Assembly (NCBI GenBank): GCA_000165425.1
Contig: CT868067.1
Location: 124,001 to 144,165 of the forward strand
DNA: 20,165 bases
Direction of reading: 5' to 3'
Origin: Paramecium tetraurelia
Taxonomy: Eukaryota
Of the stretch, positions 9,901 through 19,030 are shown one piece after another. The notes under the pieces are model-generated. The model made no database searches and was not told the origin of the DNA. It worked only from the letters and a program-made list of their open reading frames with translations. The position numbers and the translations under genes are program-made. How positions within the stretch are numbered: the stretch's first letter is position 1; every line of letters begins with the position of its first letter.

Positions 9901-11766
9901 TTCAAAGAGTTCGATATCTTTTTCGATTATTCAGAGACTTAGATAATCTTTAATCCAAATAACATATAATTAGTTGAAGCTTCATAGGATGTGATCTTAG
10001 ATCTAATTGACTCATAAGTTCAAGGAGCTGTTGAAGATTTTGAAATCTAAAATTTATCGGATGAGAAAAACATTATTATAAAGAAGAATGACATATTACA
10101 ATTGAATTAATATTTGAGTGATCATTATGAAACTTTAGAGTTTGGAAGAATATTCGATATTTTAGATATGAATTAAACTGAGTATATGAGCATCATTAAT
10201 TCTACTGCTTATGAAAATAATCTAATATTTACAGTAAGTCAATATTACTTCATCATATATGAAAAGCAACGATAAACGACTAAACATATTAATAGAATAA
10301 CAATCCTAAAACAGGAAAGATTAACAAACTTGAACTCGTAATTAGAAAATCTTAGGTAATGTAGATTATCTATTAATGATATAAATTAGGTTTTGTTATA
10401 TTGTTACAAATATTATTCTAGCAGTTTATAAAACCATTCTAAACTGGTCTAATATTTTTAAATTAATTTTTAATATGACTATGCAAACTCAAAAATCAGT
10501 TACAAGATTAAGCCATTAAAAATATCATTAGGAAGTAGGTTGTAAATTGAGGCTATAAATCCAATTAAATTTAAAGGGTAAATATTTTAATTCATAAAAT
10601 ATAACTATGAAAATTCATAGGATTAATATGAGTTGATTTCTGGTAAAATAGAAAATGGTCAATTCACAAGTAAGTAGATTATTTAATCTTCTACTTTTGA
10701 TTATAATATTTTAGGACAACTATCATTTGACACAATCCTATTAGATGAAGAAAATATTTTAGTTTTAACTTTAGATATACATGAACTTAGAGTCTTTTTT
10801 TTCACATTCGAAAATACAACATCTGAATTATTTAAAACAAAAGAAGAAAAATTCTCATACTAATAATTGAATCTATACTTATTTCATTCTACAAGTCAAT
10901 ATCGTCTGGAGACTATCCATCTACTTAATTGCTACAATTATACTTGTTTAGTGTTGTTAGGAACACCAGATAAATTTTTTGAATTTCACTTAATTCTGTC
11001 TGAAACAGAGACGGCAAAAATAGTTAAAAAATATATCTATTTAAATTATTTTAGATGCATTCATACAAATAAGCAAAAGCCTTAAATTTAATTGAATGGA
11101 AAATTATCAATCAATCAGTTAGTGGCCGCTTGTGTGAAATAAGATGTAGAAAAGAATTTCTTTTTCGAGGACAAATTTGATTACATATATGATGATCTCT
11201 AAGTATTTGTTTAGATATTTCATAAAATTTAAGATGCCAGTGAATCTTCTCCTATTAGAATATATAGATTCTTTTTCGATATTACTTTGAGAGATAGATT
11301 TCATTTTTTATTATACAAACGTGAACCAGATAATAACAAACACATACTATTTGAGAATGATACTTATTTTCTAATAGACTATTTAAAATAAGATTAGATA
11401 TCATTTTAGATAAAAACAAATTACACAAAAACAACAACTGTAACTGGTAATTTAGTTCTATCCAATATATTCAAGAAAAAAACAGTCGATATTACAATAA
11501 CTTTTGATTTCCCAATAGAGAGACATTACATTTGGATTTATATCACGACTGCTACATTTTTATTAATAATAATGGTTGTTCTTGGAATACTGTTATGGTT
11601 GAAGAAAAGAAAGAGACAAAGATGCAAAAAAAAAAAAAATGATTCATTTTCTAAAAGTCTGATTGGCTTAGATGATGTACTTAAAGAAGTAATTTTAGGA
11701 GAAGGAAAAAGAGGATCTTAAACGAAATTGGATGATAGTTATTCTAATGGGAATGAAAGTGATTGA
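6929..11766 (+). CDS. Large (~1596 aa) type I single-pass membrane protein with signal peptide and beta-rich ectodomain
   Basis: ATG at 6929 with signal peptide MLLIILVIQIAYA. Introns are 7617-7638 (22 nt, AAG acceptor) and 9008-9032 (25 nt). The frame is free of TGA from 9034 to the stop at 11764-11766 and absorbs the ORFs at 8550, 9685 and 10867. The C-terminal TM WIYITTATFLLIIMVVLGILLWL is followed by KKRKRQRCKKKK. Confidence 0.85.
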
Positions 11767-11807
11767 TAATTAACAATTATATATTATACAAAACAAATTA
11801 TAAATAG

Positions 11808-13270
11808 TCAGTTGAATTAAAATTTGTTAGTAAAATAATTTCGATCTGTTTAAGGCTTTTAACTAGTGAGCATATTTTTGGTTTATAATCTAGGGGTTTA
11901 AGAAATCAAATTGTATTTTTTTGATGACATTTGAGATAATTGAGGATTAGTTTCTTCAATATTTGTTCTTTTAGCCGAGGTCAATTACTGGGTATTCAAA
12001 TGAGGGACCGTCTATTTTGAATTAATACTATTTTAGAATGGTTATTGAGTGATAGTTTGGTCATATGTGTATCCATTAAATTAATCCTAAATTGACTATC
12101 TTCTTAACAACTAGCCATTTAATAAATTTGTCTCAGGATCTTCCTCTTCCTTCATATTTGCAAATTTGGCATCGAAATTATCATTATTTATCTAAAATAA
12201 ATTAATCTTAATTTACATTTATTGAATATTGAGGAAGAGCTGATTAGTTCATAAAGTTATTCCAATCAATGTCTTTCAACCATGGATGTGATTGTACTTC
12301 CTCCGGCCCATTAAATCCCAATCTATTCATAGGTTTTCTTTATAAAGTTCTATTGATAAAATCTGCAGCATCATCCGACCATCCCTCTGGCACTTAATTC
12401 GATTTAATTAAGACTTATTTAGCCATTATTTAATCTCTAATTTCTCTTCTAGTTTTGCCTATGTAAGGTCTCTGCATAATAATAAACAAATTACTTTTCC
12501 GAACATACATTCATATGCTATGACTCCGACTGCAAAATAATCAGAAGCCACTCCATGAGCTTATCTGCACATAACTTCTGGAGCCATATACCCCGGAGTT
12601 CCACTAGTGTCATTGTCGTTATCGGGCTTCCAAATTCTGGCAATACCCAAATCTGTTAATCTTAAATAGCCTATTATAATTTAGTATTATTTCAAACCAT
12701 TTCTATCAAAAACTAAGTTTTCTGGTTTAATATCTCTGTGTAATACTGTGTTTGTGTGCAAATATTCCAAAGCTAATAATAAGCAGGCAATAAAAAATTC
12801 TTTTAAAATTTATGTTAATCTATACTTGTCTATTTTTCAGTGAACTTTCTTTGTTTGCATAGATGATATCTTAAATCACCACCCTACATCAAATCCATTA
12901 CCAAATATAAATTTTCTCTATCTTAAAAAGCTGTATGCATGTTTACTAAAAATCTATTTAGTTAAATTATCTTACGGATGTCTTAAATTAGTTAGTAAAT
13001 ATCTTTCATTCATAACTGAACTAACACTTTTCTTATTAATTATCCTAATCTCCTATTATTAATTCTTTACTTGCATTTATTCATTTCTTTAATCGCAAAC
13101 TATTATTTTGATTTTTTGTTTTCAGCCTTCCAAACTCTTCCAAAACCTCCTCTGCCAATGACAAAAAGCAGAGAAAAATCAGCTTTACAAGGCACTAAGT
13201 CAAATCATACAAATAAATTACATAATGCATCATCAAAATTAACATCTTTGCTGTTATTACAATTTCCCAT
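11808..13270 (-). CDS. AGC-group Ser/Thr protein kinase (STK32/YANK-like ciliate family), predicted N-myristoylated
   Basis: MGNC start at 13270. Motifs: IGRGGFGRVW, FAIKEM, HPFLVNM, HRDIKPENL, TDLGIAR, SGTPGYMAPE, DYFAVG, NRLGFNG..HPW and an AGC tail NFDAKF. Seven introns: 13195-13221, 13045-13070, 12954-12975, 12800-12825, 12671-12697, 12472-12494 and 12192-12216. TGA at 11810-11808. Confidence 0.93.
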
Positions 13271-13539
13271 TTCGTAAATCAAATTTATTATTAATTTAAT
13301 AAAACACTTGAAAAATTTAATGAAAATTTGTTCCCATCTTTATTCTCGAAAAAACCTTATGTTCTACCCTTATATTGTTTAATCTTCATAATTTCTTTTA
13401 AGCATCTTCATTCTTTTTATATTGAATGGTATTATCTTATATATTAATTTAATCGTACTAGTCTCTATTAAATTAGAGTAGATCCACTAATCGTTAAAGA
13501 TATGTTTTTAAAATTGTCATTTATTTTTATTAAGACATC

Positions 13540-13971
13540 ATGAAAACAAAAAATGAAGAATTTATTTTTATGGGCTTCAATAAATTTCCATTCATTTAAT
13601 TTTTACCAGAATATTTTCTAGACGGACATGATGAACCACAAAAATCCACATACTCAGAGTGAATAGATCTAGATAAAATAAAAATGGTATAAGAATATAA
13701 TAAGAATTGACATAATTATCGATTTAAATTTAAAAAATAGTTGATCATTTTCCTTCAAACTACTGCATAAATTAGAAATTTTCAAGAGTAAATTCATTTC
13801 ATTTCATTACATCATCATCATCATGGTGATTCGAATCTAAGACTCAGAAATACCAAATTATACAAGAGATTTAGTGTTGGTCGAAGACAAAAACTACCAT
13901 AAGAATTTAATGAGAAATATTTTGTTCTTTCATTGGATAAAAAAACACAAATTGACAAAATTAATAAATGA
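13540..13971 (+). pseudogene. Possible decayed ORF with His5 tract, interrupted by two in-frame TGA codons
   Basis: Frame 1 from ATG 13540 (MKTKNEEFIFMGFNKFPF) reaches HHHHHGDSNLRLRNTKLYKRFSVGRRQKLPQEF and TGA 13969-13971. In-frame TGAs at 13660 and 13708 cannot be removed by a normal-sized intron. No homology was recognised. Confidence 0.3.
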
Positions 13972-14145
13972 TTAATTTCGTTGTTTATCATTTTATTTGA
14001 CTCATCTAGCATAATAGGATTAAAATATAAAGTCTCTTTTCAAGGTTAATATATAATATGCACTTTTAAACAATCTCAATTTTAATTGTATTAAACAAAA
14101 ATGATTTAAATTTGTAAAATAGTTGATAATTTTACGATTAAAAAC

Positions 14146-14808
14146 TCATTCTTTTAAAATAATTTGTTCTCTCCATTGTTCATTCCCAATCCAAGACTGA
14201 TATTCCCTAGGTTCATCTATTTTCTTAAGATAATTTTAGGCTTCAATTGGTAAAATGGAAAAGGCCCTAGAATTAGTGATATCTTATTTCCATCTTTTCA
14301 TCATAATGTACTCAACTTCAAATTGAGCTAGTTCCTTTAATTATGCAGGAATATATTCAATAGCTTTTCCATTATGTTAATAATTAAGTCCAATATTAAT
14401 ATCCTCAAGCCCTGTGAAGATATCTTATTTTAGTAAGATTTATTGATGAATGTCTATTAATTTAAATTGAATATCTCAAATAAGAATAAGCCATCGTATC
14501 ATTTTCACTTAAAGAGTCTGTTTTAGTAGAACATCAAGAATAAGATGAGTTCGATTCAGAATAATCAACTTTATTTTTATCTAGTGCAACTAAACACAAT
14601 AGTTAACTTGGAGTATATTCACAACCACGCCATTTACAATGACATTCATATAATTCTGGTTAATGAATATTTTACAACTCCAGCTTCGCTCCTCCATTAA
14701 ATCTAGCTCAAAAATCTTATTTTTCAAGCCAAAATATCTACTAGTTTCCTTCACATTAATCTCTCCATTAAGCAGCTATTATGGCTGTAAGTATACTCTT
14801 TAGACCAT
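14146..14808 (-). pseudogene. purA: Adenylosuccinate synthetase pseudogene (frameshifted, large internal deletion)
   Basis: Fragments in shifting frames match ADSS motifs in order: TAIIAAQWRDQCEG/KLVDILA (cf. GAQWGDEGKGKLVD), ARFNGGA.AG, NVIVNGVVVN, NRTHLILD, then directly LRYS..SSINLTK-DIFTGL, IPAQLKELAQFEVEY..MKRWKQDI, FSILPIEAQNYLKKI and SWIG..REQII*. The span is only about 660 nt. Confidence 0.88.
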
Positions 14809-14847
14809 AAATACACTTAGATATATAAATATTATATTATAGTTAAA

Positions 14848-16191
14848 TCAATCAATGTAATGCATCTCCTATACTGCTAATTAAAAGGATTTTACAGATA
14901 CTTTATCATCATTTTTATTTTGCTTTAATTTATTAAAATAAGATTACAATTTATTTTGCTCTTTTAAATATGCCTTCAAATTTTCCAAAACCATATTTAA
15001 TTCCAATTGATTCAAAAATATCTTTAATTTCTTTTTTTGTTCTTAATCTTAAAAAATCTTATTCTGATAATCCCATATGTGAAAATTTTTCAGGAAACAA
15101 CAGAGCTACAGCAGGTACTTCATCACCATAATTTTGAGGATCTGCTACAGATTTCATTCCTTTTTTATTGATATCTTTTCGAATTGCAGGTACACCAAAT
15201 GCTCTAGTTTCATCTCCAGGCTTTGGCTAGTTTTTAAAACCAAATTTGGTTGCCTTGCCTAAATCAAGATCATGTTAGACCTCTTTTTCAGTAGGCTAGC
15301 CATTTATGCATTATCCAGCAGTCCATTACTCATCTTTTTTTCATTTCTCCAAATATTTATGGCATTCTAAGATTTAATTATGCTTGATTTTTTGGTTTTC
15401 CTAAAGGGTCCTCATTGTAATTCTTCCAATCTTCTTGATTCTTTGAGATTATAGTAGTTTTAGGATATTAATTCTAAGTGAGTTCATGCTATAATATTTT
15501 CTTCACCTATTCCTATTCTCTTTCCTCCTTTTTGCCAAATCTATAATCATTAGGATTGATCTTCCAATTATATTCTCTATTTTTCTGTTCTCCTGCTTCA
15601 AAATTTCCATGACTTTTCAAATACATCAATCTAATCTTTTCCTCATCTCTTTCAGCATCAGGAGGAAACACAACCTCCTTAGCTGAATACTCAGATGGAG
15701 GGATCTTCTGACCAAAAGCAAATCCATCAGACTTAGCTTCATCAGGCCAATTATAATTTCTAGTTGGCATTGTACCTAATGGCTCCTTAATATGAGATGC
15801 ATATTTTTATTCATTAATTTCATTGATTAATTCTCTTATACCTTATGGCTATTGTCTAAATAATTCTCCTACCTTGTCTGATTAATCTGTCTTTCTTCCA
15901 TATACCCAATTTCCTTATGGTTTCGGAGCATCAACTAATCCAGGATGTAACTAAAATTTTGTCTCTTTATTACAATAGAACAGCCAAATTAATGCTTGTA
16001 AGATTTTCTATATTTCTTTATATGTGAAGGAGTTTCAGGGACCTACTTAACTGGCGAATATTACTTAATTTTGAATTGGTTATATACAAGCTCCTGCACT
16101 ATCTTCCTTCAACACTGTTCTCCCAGCCTATAATAATGCATGTTGATACTGATTTCAAAGTTCCAAAATAGTCTCTTGATTTTCCTGACAT
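14848..16191 (-). CDS. EFHB: EFHB/CFAP21 homologue, ciliary doublet microtubule inner protein
   Basis: ATG at 16191. Motifs YASHIKEPLG, YLKSHGNFEAGEQKNREYNW and RAFGVPAIRKDI..KSVADPQNYGDE..ALLFP..F...G..EQDF...RTKKEIKDIF match the conserved N- and C-terminal blocks of EFHB/CFAP21 as I recall them. Introns are 16128-16149, 16043-16064, 15951-15973 and 14923-14947. TGA at 14850-14848. Confidence 0.85.
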
Positions 16192-16248
16192 TTATTTTAT
16201 ATATACTATATAATGATTTAACTAAAGTTATTAAAACAAAATCAAAAC

Positions 16249-17088
16249 TCATTAATTATTTTTAAATACAAATTTCTTTATCGAATACCCAATCAATAGA
16301 GTCAGAACTAAACCACCGAATATTGATAGACCTAAAGGTAGCTGTAAAAATTATTTTTCTTCACCATTCATTACTAATTCATTATTTACATAATTGTCTT
16401 AAACTAAATGAAAATCTTTAACTGATTCCAAATCATCTAAGTAATAATATTTCATACCTAAATTTACAAGATTGATATTATCTCCATAGACATCCTCTTC
16501 AGAACCAAAAAATTTCTCCCCTTCTTCTACTACTGAATTTTCTTATAATAAAAACTCATCTGAAAGTTAATTATTATTTGTATTTTAAATGCTCTCCCTT
16601 GTTATTTCTGTTGTTGTGGTTGTTATCCCATTTCTAGTTTGAGTTTTAGTTACTTTAGTTTGTTTTTATCCATTAATTGAGATTGTTTCTATTTCCACAA
16701 AATCAGAGATTTCAGATGGCTAAAACATTGAAATAAATGGATTAAAAAATCCGAAGATTGGACTTTCAACTTAAATAGGTTCCAATCCATCTTATTAAGG
16801 AGGTAATTTCTAAGCGTCTTACAAAAAGGTGGCATCGTCTTCATTATTTGCTATGCTCTCAAAAGCAGCTGAAATAGTCTCTAGTAAATCTTTAATGAAC
16901 AGTTAATTTATTGATCCTGTTCCTCTTTTAAACTCATCAAATTAAAATATTCCAACCTCTTCATCTTTTGTTTGTTCAGAATTTCCAAATATTTATACCT
17001 CTACTTATAAAGGTGAAGATTCTCCTGGGGAGTCTTCATAAGCTAAAGATATTAGGGCTAAGTATAGAAGCACAACGAGAATTTTCAT
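16249..17088 (-). CDS. Small acidic type I membrane protein (signal peptide plus C-terminal TM)
   Basis: ATG at 17088 with signal peptide MKILVVLLYLALISLA and an E/D-rich body containing a Thr-rich beta segment. The TM LPLGLSIFGGLVLTLLIGYSI is followed by KKF, with TGA at 16251-16249. A 21-nt intron at 16437-16457 is possible. Confidence 0.8.
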
Positions 17089-17303
17089 TAATTAATTTAA
17101 CAATCAAAAACGAAATTGTTATACTAAAATGAAATTTCTCAAACACGTTGTTAGAAATATAAAAATTATAAAACAGCATTTATAATATATTGGAAGCATA
17201 AATCGATTTATATTATTGCTTTATGCAACTAACAAGAATAACCAAAATGATCAGAAAATGAAAATATCAATAAATAAGTTTAAATATATAATTATTTATA
17301 AAA

Positions 17304-18135
17304 ATGATATAAGAGGATCAATAAATCTGTTTTAAGAGAGGGTGCGAATAGTGTATACTAAGTAAGTAACTCATCTCTAAAACAATTAGATGATGATAAA
17401 TGTGATGATATTTAGGAAAATAATTCTTAGTATCTAGTCTAATAAGAAAAAGTTGATGATAACAATTTGATTTAACCTTGTTTCTGTAATTTAATAATGC
17501 ATAGAGAATGTATTAAAAGAAAAATAATAAAATAAAGAAGTCCTAAATGTTTTACATGTTCAGCTACATATCAAGCAAGAGAAACTAATTCAATTTATGC
17601 TCAATCATTTAAAAAATACAGGATGAATAAAATTATTATGAAAGCCTTGGTTAATATTTTTGGGACAGTTATAATTGCTTTAGCTTTGCTGTATTTAATC
17701 TAAATAAAGACATATTAATTATATGATTACATTTTATAAATGATAACTGTGGTATTCGGTTGCATTAGCTGCTTGTTGATGATTGTTTACATATTTCTAA
17801 TTGTATTTAATATCTTTATTGTTAGATAGCCAATAGCATAATAAGGTCAAAAATCTTAGATATAGAAATTTTATGCTATTAAAATGAAACTAAGCTGCAT
17901 ACAGATAAATAAGTTGTTGAAAGATTTCTAGAAAGACTTAAATTAAGTGGAATTAATGTTTGATAAAATGATAAATTAAACGTTTAATAATTCTCAAAGA
18001 TCATCCATAATTTTGAAGAATAATTGGTTTCTTTTATTATATTTTTGCAAACAGGGTACACGAACTACCTAAAAATACATTTTCAAGTTAGAATTTTCAT
18101 CTTAACTTTTCTAAATTATAACTTTCTTATTTTGA
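17304..18135 (+). CDS. RING-CH (RINGv/MARCH-like) membrane E3 ubiquitin ligase
   Basis: ATG at 17304. CEQC, intron 17362-17389 (28 nt) and LIQPCFCNLIMHRECIKRKIIKQRSPKCFTC give a C4HC3 pattern, followed by two TM segments (ALVNIFGTVIIALALLYLI; MITVVFGCISCLLMIVYIFLIVFNIFIV). The 3' end is uncertain: first in-frame TGA is at 18133-18135, but an alternative intron near 18027-18054 is possible. Confidence 0.75.
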
Positions 18136-18199
18136 ATAAAATTTTCTAAAAGCTAGTAAATTTTTAGGATAAATAAATATATGGAATCAAAACAAAAAT

Positions 18200-19030
18200 A
18201 AATGTATTCTTCTTGTCATCTACAATTCTGACTTAATCTCCTGATGGAATTTGAAAATGATGCAGATCTCTTAATAATACTTGAAAATTTTATTTATATT
18301 AGATTAGTTTTGACAAATAAAATTATTGATTTATCACACTTAATATTAGCATTTATGGTTTGTTTGGTACTTTTTATTGGGAAAGAACAATAAATGTTTT
18401 AACTCAAAGTGATCCAAGAGATCGTATATTTGCAACCATCTTAAGCAATATCAGTTTCATATCTTCGAAGATGATAAGGTACACTTGCACTTGTATCAAA
18501 TTTTAGAAGCTGATGAATATCATTAGAAGAAGAATTTAAAGAAGTAACTTGTAGTGAAAATATATCTATCTAATATGGGATGTTAAAATGAGATAATAAA
18601 ATGAAAAATTATGACCTTCATAGTTGCGTTTTATTCAGGCTATTTCTCAGATGACAGTATTTCATTTGCGTTTGGTAGTGAATAGAACTCTAATTGATTT
18701 GTTTATTGAAGCAAAATAAAAGAAAAATTAGATATTCAATCTATTTCTCATTTGATGGTATTATTTTAGCATGGAATGTTAGGTTATTATGACGAAAATG
18801 CTTATACAGTTTATTTATCTTCAGATGGTATTACTTTTGCATCTAGTAAAATTCATTATAACTTGATTAGATTATGGAATCTTACAAAAGAAAAATAAAT
18901 AGCGAAATTTAGATGATGATACAGATTTTTTGAATACAATTTCTATTCACATGGACTACATAGATTATATGAGTTTAGAACAGGAAAATAAAAAAAGAAA
19001 ATTAGGATGATCGTGCTGATTTTATAAATA
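18200..19030 (+). pseudogene. Degenerate WD40-repeat gene relic
   Basis: Frameshifted fragments include SPDG (~18238), WDVKMRQQNEKL (~18576), YFSFDGIILA (~18742) and VYLSSDGITFASSKIHYNLIRLWNLTKEKQIAK (~18808-18905). They resemble the SVxFSPDGTTLASGSxDxSIRLWDVKTGQQKAKLDGH repeat of the expanded Paramecium WD40 family. There are many TGA stops and indels. Confidence 0.75.

Noticed and set aside
8193..11304. Minus-strand ORFs 8193-8381 and 11119-11304, and separate genes for the plus ORFs at 8550, 9685 and 10867
   Set aside because: The minus ORFs are antisense shadows, and the plus ORFs are pieces of one gene under code 6.
11626..11639. Long A homopolymer as a possible slippage or frameshift site
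   Set aside because: It is in frame and encodes the Lys-rich stop-transfer segment after the TM helix.
13071..13277. Plus-strand 68-aa ORF
   Set aside because: It is antisense to the AGC kinase 5' exons.
13660..13710. In-frame TGA as selenocysteine or readthrough
   Set aside because: There is no selenoprotein-like motif or visible SECIS-like hairpin, and every confident gene here uses TGA as stop.
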